This document shows, in pieces, positions 48,643 through 57,655 of a stretch of DNA of 64,000 nucleotides (positions are counted from its first letter, which is position 1; every line of letters starts with the position of its first letter). Source of the DNA: Acidobacteriota bacterium (GTDB lineage: Bacteria > Acidobacteriota > Vicinamibacteria > Vicinamibacterales > UBA2999); contig CAUJDN010000061.1 of the NCBI GenBank assembly GCA_963169195.1, forward strand, positions 19,833 through 83,832, in the 5' to 3' direction. Position numbers and translations under genes: made by a program. The notes under the pieces were generated by a model. That model saw only the letters and a program-made list of their open reading frames with translations. It was not told the DNA's origin and searched no databases.

Positions 48643-49125
48643 CTACATCTTGTACTTCCCCATGTCATCCGGATCCAGCGACTCGAGCCACTGCTGCAGG
48701 CGATCGTTGTCCTGCTTCTCGTTGGTGAAGTCCACGGTCTTGGCGTTGTCGATGACCTTCTCCTCCACCAGGATCGGGGCCCGCGTGCGGAGGGCCAGGG
48801 CGATGGCGTCGCTCGGGCGTGCGTCGATGGCCACCGGGCCCCCGGGGGTCCGGAGGTGGATGAGCGCGTAGAAGGTGTTCTCCTTCAGGTCGCACACGAC
48901 GATCTTTTCCACCGCGGCCTGCAGATCCTGGATGACGTTTCGCAGCAGGTCGTGGGTCATCGGACGCGGGGTCTGGATGTTCTCGATCTGCAAGGCGATG
49001 GCGTTGGCCTCGAACACGCCAACCCAGATCGGCAGCACCTTCTGCCCCTCCGGATCGCGCAGGATGATGATGGGCATGTTCGTGATGGGATCCACCATCA
49101 GCCCCTTGATGTTCATCTCGATCAT
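48643..49125 (-). CDS. Bifunctional nuclease family protein (DUF151/BFN)
   Basis: From Met17 of ORF 48643..49173 (MIEMNIKGLMVDPITNMPIIILRD..VLPIWVG..EANAIA..RPMTHDL..IDARPSDAIALAL..). The longer start would overlap miaB. Confidence 0.85.
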   Translation of the reverse strand: MIEMNIKGLMVDPITNMPIIILRDPEGQKVLPIWVGVFEANAIALQIENIQTPRPMTHDLLRNVIQDLQAAVEKIVVCDLKENTFYALIHLRTPGGPVAIDARPSDAIALALRTRAPILVEEKVIDNAKTVDFTNEKQDNDRLQQWLESLDPDDMGKYKM

Positions 49126-49135
49126 GGCCCTGTCC

Positions 49136-50518
49136 TCAATCCTGCACGGCGACGCCGCCCGCCGAAGCCGCACGCGCCGGCGCGATGCCTGTGCCGTCGG
49201 CGAGCTCTCCCCACACGCTGTTCGGTCCCGCTCGACGGATGGTCACCGGCACCAGCCGGCCGACCAGTCCCGGGTCGCCCGGGAAGTTCACGACCGTGTT
49301 GCCGCTGGTCCGCCCCGACAGCTCCCATCCCCGTCGACGACTCGTGTGATCGACGAGCACCTCGACGGTGCGCCCGACGGCCTGCGCGTGAAGCTCCCAT
49401 TGGACGCGCCGCTGCATCTGCTGCAGCGCCACGATCCGCCGCGTCTTCTCGTCCTCCCCCACATCGTCCGGCATCCGCTTCGACGCCAGCGTGTTCGGCC
49501 GCTCCGAGTACTTGAACGAGAACATGCCGTGGTATCGCACCGCCTCGGTGAGCGACAGCGTCTGCTCGAAGTCTTCGGCCGTCTCCCCCGGGAAGCCAAC
49601 GATCATATCGGTCGATAGCTGCACGTTCGGGATAGCTTCGCGGATCGCCTGCACGGTCTCGAGATAATGCTCGCGCGTGTAGCGCCTGCGCATCAGCCCC
49701 AGCACGCGGGTCGAGCCGGACTGCACGGGCAGGTGCAGGTGCTTGCACACCTTGGGCAAGTCCCGCACCGCCTGGATGAGGCGATCGGTCGTGTGCCTCG
49801 GGTGCGGGCTCGCGAAGCGGATCCGGTCGATGCCGGAGATCTCGTGCACGGCCGCCAGCAATCCAGGGAAATCGCACGAGGGATCGTCCGGCGCATGATA
49901 GTGGTTCACGATCTGCCCGAGGAGCTGCACCTCCCGATGGCCCGTCGCCGCAGCCTCGCGCACGTCCTCGAGGATCTCGGCCTTCGAGCGCATACGTTCG
50001 TGCCCGCGCGTATACGGGACGACGCAGAACGCGCAGAAGTCGTTGCAGCCCTCGATGATCGTGACGTAGGCCTTCACCGGGTCCGCCCGCCGCGTGATGC
50101 CGAGCGGAAACGACGGCTCGTCGTAGGGCGTGGTGATGTCGATGGCCGGGAATGCCCGCGACGCGGCCTGCTGCTGCAGCAGCATCGGCAGGCTCTTCAC
50201 CCGTTGCGTGCCGACGATGAGGTCGATGATGCCCGGCGACCGGGCCAGGAGCCTTTCTCCCTCCTGCTGGGCCACGCAGCCGGTGACGGTCACGACTGGA
50301 TCGCGGCCCGTTTCCCGAGCCATCTCCCGGATTTCACCCAGCCGCGTGTAGAGCTTCTCCTCGGCGCGTTCGCGCACGCTGCACGTATTGACGATGACGA
50401 CGTCCGCGTCGCGGTCGGAGTCGGCGGGGTCGTAGCCCGATTGCTCGAGCAGGCCCGCCATCCGCTCCGAGTCGTGGACGTTCATCTGGCAGCCGTAAGT
50501 CTCGATGAAGTACTTCAC
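49136..50518 (-). CDS. miaB: tRNA-2-methylthio-N6-dimethylallyladenosine synthase (radical SAM methylthiotransferase)
   Basis: The GTG start overlaps the recN stop (GTGA). MKYFIETYGCQMNVHDSE.. and radical-SAM cluster ..GCNDFCAFCVVP... TRAM domain at the C-terminus. Confidence 0.95.
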   Translation of the reverse strand: MKYFIETYGCQMNVHDSERMAGLLEQSGYDPADSDRDADVVIVNTCSVRERAEEKLYTRLGEIREMARETGRDPVVTVTGCVAQQEGERLLARSPGIIDLIVGTQRVKSLPMLLQQQAASRAFPAIDITTPYDEPSFPLGITRRADPVKAYVTIIEGCNDFCAFCVVPYTRGHERMRSKAEILEDVREAAATGHREVQLLGQIVNHYHAPDDPSCDFPGLLAAVHEISGIDRIRFASPHPRHTTDRLIQAVRDLPKVCKHLHLPVQSGSTRVLGLMRRRYTREHYLETVQAIREAIPNVQLSTDMIVGFPGETAEDFEQTLSLTEAVRYHGMFSFKYSERPNTLASKRMPDDVGEDEKTRRIVALQQMQRRVQWELHAQAVGRTVEVLVDHTSRRRGWELSGRTSGNTVVNFPGDPGLVGRLVPVTIRRAGPNSVWGELADGTGIAPARAASAGGVAVQD

Positions 50519-52212
50519 TTTCGCTTTCGCTCCCGCTCGCTTTCGCCTTTCGCTTTTGCCCGACTTTCACCTTTCGCCTGCGCGGCGTCCAGCAGTTCCT
50601 GGGCGCCGGCCCGGGCGCGGTCTCCGGCATCAGCGCCCCCCATCATGCGCGCGAGTTCGTCCACTCGCTCGGCTCCGGCCAGCCGCGCGACGTTGGTGAC
50701 GGTCCGGCGCCCGCGCGTCTGCTTCTGGATGGCGAAGTGCGTGCGCCCGCAGGCGGCGACCTGGGGCAGGTGCGTGATGCAGAGCACCTGGTGTCGCGCG
50801 CCAAGCGCCGCGAGCTTCTGACCGACGACCGTGGCCACTCGCCCGCCGATGCCGGCATCCACCTCGTCGAAGATGAGTGTGCGCGCGGCGCCGTCTTCCG
50901 GGGCCTGACCCACGGCCAACGACTTCAGGGCGAGCATCACGCGCGAGAGTTCGCCTCCCGACGCAATGCGAGCCAGGGGCCGCGGATCCTCGCCGACGTT
51001 GGCGGACAGAAAGAACTCTGCGTGGTCGATGCCGCGCTCGGTCCACTGCGCCTCGTCTGCGGTCGTGTTGAGCCGCACCTCGAAGCGCGCGCGATCCATC
51101 GCCAGGTCAGACAGCTCGGCTTCCATTGCGCGGGCGAGACGATCGGCCTCCCGCGACCGACGGCTGGAGAGGTCCCGCGCGAGGTCGAGATACGACGCGG
51201 AGGCGCGAGCCAGGTCTTGCTCCAGTTCTGTGAGGCTCGAAGTGCCGCCTACCAACGCGGCGTGCTCCGCGGCGAGGGCGTCCCGCCGGGCCATCACATC
51301 GGCCAGGGTCGGGCCGTGCTTGCGCTTGAGGCGCTCGAGCAGCGCCAGCCGGTCTTCAACGTCCTGGAGACGGCCCGGCGAGGCATCGATGCCCTCGGCG
51401 AAATCCCTCAGCGTGAACGCCAGGTCCTCGAGCTGTGCCTTCATCCCGTCGCGCGCTTCCATGTACGGCACGAACCGGGCGTCGAACGCAGCCAGTGCAC
51501 CGACGCGCTTCCAGACGTGATCCAGTCCGCCGAGGACGGCGTGCTCGGCATCGTACAGCTCCGCGTAACCCTCCTGGCACAGGCGTTTCACGCGGTCCGC
51601 GCTCCGCAGGATCTGCCGATCGGCGGCCAGGGCCTCGTCTTCGCCGAGCTGAAGCGCGGCCTTCTGGAGCTCGCCCAGCTGGAATTCCACGAGCTCGAGG
51701 CGGGCGGCCCGCTCGCGGTCGTCCATGCGGAGCCGGTCGATCTGCTGGCGGATGGCGTGTATACGGGCAAATGCCCCACCCGTCTGCTCGCGCAGCCCGC
51801 CCAGATGTGCCCATTCGTCCAGCACCAGGAGGTGCTGCCCGGGATCCAGCAATTGCTGGTGCTCGTGTTGTCCGTGGAGTTCGACGAGCTGATTTGAAAG
51901 GTCCTTGAGCGCGGCGGCCGTGGCCAGCGCCCCGTTGATGAAGGCGCGGCTGCGGCCCTGGCTCGTGATCTCGCGCCGCACGACGAGTTCCCCGCCGCCC
52001 AAGCCCTCGAAGACGGCCTCGACGGTGGCGAGATCCTCGCCGGTCCTGAGGAGATCCTGGGTGGCGCGTCCGCCGAGCAGGAGACCGACGGCTTCCACCA
52101 GGATCGACTTGCCGGCGCCGGTCTCGCCGGTCAGGATGTTGAACGATGGTTCAAACTCGACGGCCACCGATTCGAGGACCGCCAGGTTGCGGATGGCGAG
52201 GTAGCGGATCAT
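50515..52212 (-). CDS. recN: DNA repair protein RecN
   Basis: 565 aa. MIRYLAIRNLAVLE.., Walker A ..GETGAGKSILVEA.., a long coiled coil, and ..FDEVDAGIGG... The C-terminal 20 aa are encoded by a GCGAAAG repeat array. Confidence 0.93.
   Translation of the reverse strand: MIRYLAIRNLAVLESVAVEFEPSFNILTGETGAGKSILVEAVGLLLGGRATQDLLRTGEDLATVEAVFEGLGGGELVVRREITSQGRSRAFINGALATAAALKDLSNQLVELHGQHEHQQLLDPGQHLLVLDEWAHLGGLREQTGGAFARIHAIRQQIDRLRMDDRERAARLELVEFQLGELQKAALQLGEDEALAADRQILRSADRVKRLCQEGYAELYDAEHAVLGGLDHVWKRVGALAAFDARFVPYMEARDGMKAQLEDLAFTLRDFAEGIDASPGRLQDVEDRLALLERLKRKHGPTLADVMARRDALAAEHAALVGGTSSLTELEQDLARASASYLDLARDLSSRRSREADRLARAMEAELSDLAMDRARFEVRLNTTADEAQWTERGIDHAEFFLSANVGEDPRPLARIASGGELSRVMLALKSLAVGQAPEDGAARTLIFDEVDAGIGGRVATVVGQKLAALGARHQVLCITHLPQVAACGRTHFAIQKQTRGRRTVTNVARLAGAERVDELARMMGGADAGDRARAGAQELLDAAQAKGESRAKAKGESERERKRK
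50518..50578. repeat. Degenerate 7-bp array (CTTTCGC on plus strand = GCGAAAG on the coding strand) forming the recN 3' end and the miaB 5' flank
   Basis: CTTTCGC TTTCGC ..TTTCGCC TTTCGC TTTTGCC ..TTTCACC TTTCGCC. It encodes the RecN tail AQAKGESRAKAKGESERERKRK. Confidence 0.8.
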
Positions 52213-52276
52213 GCCTGGCCCTCACTCCCCGCGCCGGATACTGGAAAGCGGGCGGAAATCCCATCCTATCATGGGT

Positions 52277-52306
52277 TTGACAGAATTTCGCGGGGCGTGC
52301 TACGGT
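52277..52306 (+). promoter_or_regulatory. Candidate promoter upstream of tolQ (TTGACA-N18-TACGGT)
   Basis: TTGACA at 52277..52282 and TACGGT at 52301..52306. Lies in the 156-bp divergent recN/tolQ spacer. The -10 is weak. Confidence 0.3.
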
Positions 52307-52368
52307 TGCACGGAACCGCGCTTCTTCCCAGCAGCGCACTCCCCAATCGAACGGATTCGGAGGGCTAG

Positions 52369-53133
52369 TTGCCGACGCCTGGGTCGTTTGTCCTGGCACT
52401 GCAGCAACTTGACGGCAGTGCTTCGTCTACTCAGGCCGCTGCGGGAGATGTGGTTGGGCTCGTCGCCCAAGCGAGTCCCATATCCCTGGCGGTCCTCGTC
52501 ATCCTGCTGCTGTTCTCGGTCGTGGCCTGGGCCATCATCGCCGTGAAGCTGGCCGCTTTCCGGAAGGTGGACCGGCAGACCGCGCAGTTCATCCAGGTCT
52601 TCCGGGGCGCCGCCAAGTTCTCCGACGTGCAGTCGGTGTGCGCTTCGCTGGCGGCGAGCCCGCTGGTCGGCATGTTCCTGGCCGGCTATGCGGAACTGAA
52701 CGCCCAGTTGCGGCACTCCCCCGCGGCCGGGTCCGGCAGTCCGGGCACGGCGGCATCGCGTCCAACCTTGAAGAGCCTGGCGGCCGTGGACCGCGCGCTG
52801 CTGCGTGCCTCGTCTGCCGAGGTGAACAAGCTCGAGAAGCGCGTGACGTTCCTGGCCACGACGGCCAGCATCACGCCGTTCATCGGGCTGTTCGGGACGG
52901 TGTGGGGCATCATGTCGGCGTTCACCAGCATCGGCGCGCAGGGCTCGACGGACCTCTCGGTCGTCGCGCCGGGCATCGCGGAGGCGCTCATCGCCACGGC
53001 CGCGGGCCTCTTCGCGGCCATCCCCGCGGTCTACTTCTACAACCACCTGACGACGCGGGTGAAGGTCTACGCGACGGAGATGGACGACTTCGCACTGGAA
53101 TTCCTGAACATCTCGGAAAGGAACTTCACCTAG
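52369..53133 (+). CDS. tolQ: Tol-Pal system proton channel protein TolQ (MotA/TolQ/ExbB family)
   Basis: TTG start with SD GGAGGG 4 nt upstream. Three TM segments. ..FLATTASITPFIGLFGTVWGIM.. and ..APGIAEALIATAAGL... Confidence 0.88.
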   Translation: MPTPGSFVLALQQLDGSASSTQAAAGDVVGLVAQASPISLAVLVILLLFSVVAWAIIAVKLAAFRKVDRQTAQFIQVFRGAAKFSDVQSVCASLAASPLVGMFLAGYAELNAQLRHSPAAGSGSPGTAASRPTLKSLAAVDRALLRASSAEVNKLEKRVTFLATTASITPFIGLFGTVWGIMSAFTSIGAQGSTDLSVVAPGIAEALIATAAGLFAAIPAVYFYNHLTTRVKVYATEMDDFALEFLNISERNFT

Positions 53134-53603
53134 TGCCGAAGGTCCTGCCACAGCCCGAAGCCGGGGGCGGGCGCCAGCGTGGCCGGCGCGTGTCCACGTC
53201 GCTGTCGGAGATCAACGTGATCCCGCTCGTGGACGTCATGCTCGTGCTGCTCATCATCTTCATGGTGGCGGCGCCGATGATGCAGAAGGGCGTGGAAGTG
53301 AACCTCCCGGTCGCCCAGCGCGCGGACAAGATGTCCGAAACGCGGATGTACATCACCGTGCCGCTCTCCTACCGCAAGGACGGCCGGGTGTTCATGGACG
53401 AGGAGGCCGTGCCCCGGGACGTGCTGTCCGAGCGGATGCGCCAGCTGATGGTCAACCGCGAGCAGAAGGAAGTGTTCCTCCGGGGGGACGGCGACGTCCA
53501 GCTCCAGGAACTGATGGAGGTGATGGACAGCCTCAAGGCCGGCGGCGTCGAGCGCGTCGGTATCGTGACCATGCCCGCACCGCGGCGACGGGGGCCCCGC
53601 TAG
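53133..53603 (+). CDS. tolR: Tol-Pal system protein TolR (ExbD/TolR family)
   Basis: The GTG at 53133 overlaps the tolQ stop. ..SEINVIPLVDVMLVLLIIFMV.. contains the conserved Asp-bearing TM helix. Confidence 0.88.
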   Translation: MPKVLPQPEAGGGRQRGRRVSTSLSEINVIPLVDVMLVLLIIFMVAAPMMQKGVEVNLPVAQRADKMSETRMYITVPLSYRKDGRVFMDEEAVPRDVLSERMRQLMVNREQKEVFLRGDGDVQLQELMEVMDSLKAGGVERVGIVTMPAPRRRGPR

Positions 53604-53605
53604 GC

Positions 53606-54388
53606 ATGGACGCCGTGTCGGCCGTCCTCCGACAGCGCGCCCGAGAGGCCGAGCCCCTCGGGAAGGTGCTCGGCTGGTCGCTGCTCGTGCACGTGGGGCT
53701 CACGGTGCTGCTGGCCGTCGTGCCGGCGAGCTGGCTCGGGGCACGGCTGGCGGAAGAGCCGGCCGTCGTGATGCAGATCAGCCTCGGCGGCGCCGTCGGA
53801 CCGCGCGATGGCGGGTTGTCCACACTCGGAGGGCGCCCGGTGCAGCAGGTGCAGCCCGTCGAGACGAAGAAGGCCATCGAGGCGGTGCGCCCGCCGGCCG
53901 CGAAGGCGCCCGAGATGGTGGAGCGGACCAGGGCCGCACCGAAGAAGCAGACGGCCACCGCCAAGGTGGAGGCGAAGGATCCGCGGAGCCGCACGCCGAC
54001 CAAGGGCGCCGAGGTGCAGGCCGGAAGCGCCGTCGCGCAGACGGCAGGGCGTGGCCAGGGCTTCGGCCTCTCGGCCGGGGGCGGAGGCACGGGCGGGTAT
54101 CTCGATGTCGCCAACTTCTGCTGCCCGGACTACCTTGCCACGATGGTGGATCTCATCACGCGCCACTGGAGCTCGAAGCAGGGCGCGGATGGCACGACGC
54201 TGATGAAGTTCGTGATCGAGCGGGACGGCCGGCTCACGAACATCCAGGTGGAGCGGTCGAGCGGCACGCCGGCGTTCGACTACTACTCGCAGCGGGCGCT
54301 GTCACTCACGCGCCAGTTGCCGCCGCTGCCTGCTGCCTACACGGGCGAACGGCTGACGGTGCACCTGAACTTCGACTATGTCCGGTAG
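53606..54388 (+). CDS. TolA-like energy transducer with TonB-type C-terminal domain
   Basis: N-terminal TM, a Lys/Ala/Pro-rich spacer, and the C-terminal ..LMKFVIERDGRLTNIQVERSSGTPAFDYYSQRAL.. domain. Positioned between tolR and tolB. Confidence 0.75.
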   Translation: MDAVSAVLRQRAREAEPLGKVLGWSLLVHVGLTVLLAVVPASWLGARLAEEPAVVMQISLGGAVGPRDGGLSTLGGRPVQQVQPVETKKAIEAVRPPAAKAPEMVERTRAAPKKQTATAKVEAKDPRSRTPTKGAEVQAGSAVAQTAGRGQGFGLSAGGGGTGGYLDVANFCCPDYLATMVDLITRHWSSKQGADGTTLMKFVIERDGRLTNIQVERSSGTPAFDYYSQRALSLTRQLPPLPAAYTGERLTVHLNFDYVR

Positions 54389-54398
54389 GACCAGACGC

Positions 54399-55817
54399 AT
54401 GACACGTTTCCTGATTGAACGAGGCCTCGCCGGTGCACGGCGGGCCTTCCGACCTGGCCCGCTGGCCGCGGGCGTAGCGGCGCTGCTGGGGGCCGTGGCG
54501 CTGGCGGCCCAGCAGCCGCCTGCACCGCCGTCGCCCCCCGCGTCCCAGCAGCAGCCCAGCGAGGTGGAGGTGCGCATCACCGGCGAGCCCGGCACGCCGC
54601 CGCGCCTCGCGGTGCCGGACCTGCTCGCCCTCTCGCCCGACGCGGAGGTGCAGGGGGCGGCGAAGCTCATCGGGCAGGTGCTGTGGGACGACATGGACTT
54701 CGAGCGGGAGTTCTACATGATTCCGCGCGACACGTACCGGTCGATCCCGGCCGCGGTGTCGATCGGCGACGTGCCGTTCGACCGCTGGCGCGAGCTGGGC
54801 GCCGACGGCGTGGTCATCGGCACCGTGCAGCGCGTGGCGACCGGCATCCGCGTGGAGATGCGCCTGTACAACGTGCGTGCGCGGCAGCAGGCCTACGGGC
54901 GCGAATACACCGGCGCGGCGGCGAACCCGCGCATCTACGCGCACACGATGGCCGACGAGATCCACCAGTCGCAGCGCGGCATGCGCGGCGTGGCACGCAC
55001 GAAGCTCGCCTTCTCGTCGGACCGCAACCGCGAGCGCGTCACCGGCACGGTCGAGCAGCGCGACGTGAAGGAGATCTACATCGCCGACTACGACGGCGCG
55101 AACCAGCGCCGCATCACGATCAACCGCGCGCTCAACATCACGCCGAACTGGTCGCCGGACGGGCGGTCCATCGCCTACACGTCCTACCGCAAGACGCTGC
55201 CGGACATCCTCATCGCCAACATCTACGTCGGGACCATGGAGGAGCCGGGCCGGGGCGTGGGGCAGAACTTCCTGCCGGTGTTCTCTCCCGACGGCGGGCA
55301 GATCGCCTTCATGTCGAACCGCGACGGCAACTCGGAGATCTACGTGATGAGCCGGGACGGTTCGAGCGTGCGGAGACTGACCAACAACCCGGCCATCGAC
55401 TCGACCCCCACGTGGTCGCCGACCGGCACGCAGATCGCGTTCACGTCGGACCGCACGGGATCGCCGCAGATCTACGTCGTCGGCGCGGACGGCACGGGCC
55501 TGCGGCGCCTGTCGTTCGAGTCGTACGCGGATCGGGCCACGTGGTCTCCGGCTCCGTACAACGAGATTGCGTTCGCCGCGCGAACGGGCCCGGGCTACGA
55601 CATCAAGATCCTGAGCCTGGCCGACGGCGTGACGCGGCAGATCACGTTCGGCGAGGGGACCAACGAGAGCCCGGCGTGGTCACCGAACGGACGGCACCTC
55701 GCGTTCATGTCCACCCGCGCCGGCCGCAGCCAGATCTTCACGGTGGACCGCGACGGACGCAACGTGCGGCAGATCACGCGCGACGGCAACAACTTCACCC
55801 CGAACTGGTCGCAGTAA
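54399..55817 (+). CDS. tolB: Tol-Pal system beta-propeller protein TolB
   Basis: Repeated PD40 motifs (..PNWSPDGRSIAYTS.., ..PVFSPDGGQIAFMS.., ..PTWSPTGTQIAFTS.., ..PAWSPNGRHLAFMS..). The start is ATG 54399 (AGGA 8 nt upstream); ATG 54378 is the alternative. Confidence 0.92.
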   Translation: MTRFLIERGLAGARRAFRPGPLAAGVAALLGAVALAAQQPPAPPSPPASQQQPSEVEVRITGEPGTPPRLAVPDLLALSPDAEVQGAAKLIGQVLWDDMDFEREFYMIPRDTYRSIPAAVSIGDVPFDRWRELGADGVVIGTVQRVATGIRVEMRLYNVRARQQAYGREYTGAAANPRIYAHTMADEIHQSQRGMRGVARTKLAFSSDRNRERVTGTVEQRDVKEIYIADYDGANQRRITINRALNITPNWSPDGRSIAYTSYRKTLPDILIANIYVGTMEEPGRGVGQNFLPVFSPDGGQIAFMSNRDGNSEIYVMSRDGSSVRRLTNNPAIDSTPTWSPTGTQIAFTSDRTGSPQIYVVGADGTGLRRLSFESYADRATWSPAPYNEIAFAARTGPGYDIKILSLADGVTRQITFGEGTNESPAWSPNGRHLAFMSTRAGRSQIFTVDRDGRNVRQITRDGNNFTPNWSQ

Positions 55818-55844
55818 CGCAGATGACGCAGATGGCGCAGGTGT
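55809..55844. repeat. Four 9-bp units (TCGCAGTAA CGCAGATGA CGCAGATGG CGCAGGTGT) spanning the tolB stop
   Basis: Read directly. The first unit holds the tolB TAA stop and the second gives an in-frame TGA. Confidence 0.8.
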
Positions 55845-55933
55845 GGTGGAAGCGGCGGTGGCGGCGGGCGACACCCGCGACCTGAGAAGCTCGAGGGGGC
55901 CCGCACGAGGGCACGACGAGCGCGGAGAGAATC

Positions 55934-56515
55934 ATGATGAAGCGGACTCGACTGATGACACTGGCCGCGGCGGTGATGCTGCTGGCCATGGGGACGGCGT
56001 GCGCCAAGAAGACCGCACCCGTGGAGCGGCCGATGCCGCCGCCAGGCGACACGTCGGCGGTCACCCCGGAGCCGCCGAGCCCGCCGCGCCCGGTGGACGA
56101 GCCGATCCCGGTGCCGCCGGAGCCGGATTCGATTTCGGCAGGCGACCTGCCGGGCGACCTCGATGCCCTGAACCGCTCGGGCCTCCTGAAGCCGGTGCTC
56201 TTCGAGCTCGACAGCGCCGAGGTGGGCGCCGAGGGCCAGACGGTCCTGCAGGAGAATGCCCAGGTCCTCCGGAAGTACCCGCAGTTGCAGGTGACGATCG
56301 AGGGGCACTGCGACGAGCGCGGCACGGCGGAGTACAACCTCGCCCTCGGCGAGCGCCGCGCAATTGCCGCGCGATCGTACCTCGTGTCGCTGGGCATCCC
56401 GGCCGAGCGCCTGCGCACCGTGAGCTATGGGAAAGAGTTCCCGTTCGATCCCGGGCATACCGAGGAAGCCTGGTCGAAGAACCGGCGTGCGCACTTCGTG
56501 ATCACGGCGCGCTAA
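55934..56515 (+). CDS. pal: Peptidoglycan-associated lipoprotein Pal (OmpA-like domain)
   Basis: Lipobox ..AMGTAC, a Pro-rich linker, then OmpA_C ..FELDSAEV..IEGHCDERGTAEYNLALGERRA... Confidence 0.9.
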   Translation: MMKRTRLMTLAAAVMLLAMGTACAKKTAPVERPMPPPGDTSAVTPEPPSPPRPVDEPIPVPPEPDSISAGDLPGDLDALNRSGLLKPVLFELDSAEVGAEGQTVLQENAQVLRKYPQLQVTIEGHCDERGTAEYNLALGERRAIAARSYLVSLGIPAERLRTVSYGKEFPFDPGHTEEAWSKNRRAHFVITAR

Positions 56516-56524
56516 GCGGGTAAC

Positions 56525-57454
56525 ATGGTGGGCATGACACGGCACACCTCCGTCTGCGCGATCGCCGTGGCCGCGCTGTGGGCCTCGGCCTCCCCCGCCG
56601 CCGCACAGTCACGGCGTGAGATGCAGATGATGGCCGACATCCGCATGCTGCAGGAGCAGACCCAGCAGCTGCAGCAGCAGCTTGCCTCGGCGCTCGCGCA
56701 GATCGGCGAGACCCTCAAGCAGCTGTCCGCCCGCACCGACGATCAGAACGCGGCCACCCGGAAGGGGTTCGCCGATCAGAAGCTCACCGTGGACCAGGTG
56801 GGGAGCGACCTGCGCGTGGTGAAGGAGCGCGTGGACGAGACGAACGTCCGCATCACGTCGCTGTCGCAGGAAATCGAGGCGCTGCGCCTCGCGATTCCCA
56901 CCTATCCCCCGCCCACGCCGACCACCGACCCCACCCTCCCCGCCGGCGAGCCCGGTGCCCCTGACGCCGGCACGGTGCCCGCGGCTGGCGGGGCCCCGCC
57001 AGCCCCCGCCACGGGTGAGCCGGGGGCCGCGGTGCCCGTGCCGGTGACGCCCGTCGCTCCAGGCATCTCGCCGCAGCGTCTGTACGACACCGCGTGGACC
57101 GACTACACGGCCGGCCAGTGGACGCTCTGCATCGAAGGGTTCGGCACGTACCTCCGCAGCTTTCCCCGCAGCGAGGCCGCCGACGACGCGCAGTTCTACA
57201 TCGGCGAGTGCAACTTCGCGGACGGGAAGTACGCGGACGCCATGGACGCCTACAATCGCGTGATCGCCGGCTATCCAAAGGGCGACAAGGTGCCCGACGC
57301 GTACTACAAGCGCGGCATGACGTTCGAGCGCCTCTCCCAGCTGGATCGGGCCCGGGAATCGTGGGAGATCCTGCTCAAGACGTTTCCCGACGCCGAAGTG
57401 GCGCGCCTGGCCAAGCAGAACATCGATCGCCTGGCTCGCGCCAAGCAGGATTAG
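56525..57454 (+). CDS. cpoB: Tol-Pal system cell-division coordinator CpoB/YbgF
   Basis: Signal peptide, an N-terminal coiled coil (..LQEQTQQLQQQL..), a Pro-rich linker, and C-terminal TPRs (..AQFYIGECNFADGKYADAMDAYNRVIAGYP..). Confidence 0.85.
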   Translation: MVGMTRHTSVCAIAVAALWASASPAAAQSRREMQMMADIRMLQEQTQQLQQQLASALAQIGETLKQLSARTDDQNAATRKGFADQKLTVDQVGSDLRVVKERVDETNVRITSLSQEIEALRLAIPTYPPPTPTTDPTLPAGEPGAPDAGTVPAAGGAPPAPATGEPGAAVPVPVTPVAPGISPQRLYDTAWTDYTAGQWTLCIEGFGTYLRSFPRSEAADDAQFYIGECNFADGKYADAMDAYNRVIAGYPKGDKVPDAYYKRGMTFERLSQLDRARESWEILLKTFPDAEVARLAKQNIDRLARAKQD

Positions 57455-57467
57455 GGGATTTGATCGG

Positions 57468-57633
57468 ATTCCGCGGATGATGAGGAGCCGCAGACATTCA
57501 CGAGAGCCGCAGATTTCGCAGATGGCTCCGAGGGCGAAAATTCCTGATGCCCATCGGCGAAATGCTGTGTAATCTGCGGCTGATCTGCGGCCCATCGGCG
57601 TCTGCGTCATCCACCACACGTCCGCGTCATTGC
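57468..57633. repeat. Repeat-dense spacer: GCCGCAGA(T) units in direct and inverted orientation plus 11-nt and 7-nt direct repeats
   Basis: GCCGCAGA at 57487 and GCCGCAGAT at 57506, with TCGCAGAT at 57516. Their complement ATCTGCGGC occurs at 57572 and 57583. GCCCATCGGCG occurs at 57549 and 57590. GCGTCAT occurs at 57604 and 57624. Confidence 0.85.
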
Positions 57634-57655
57634 ACACAACGGGGAAGAATCCATC

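Noticed and set aside
52213-52368. A LexA/SOS box upstream of recN.
   Set aside because: I looked for GAAC-N4-GTTC, CTGT-N8-ACAG and GTTC-N7-GTTC types. Only fragments (GAACCGCGCTTCTTC, CGAACGGATTCGG) occur, and none fits a known consensus.
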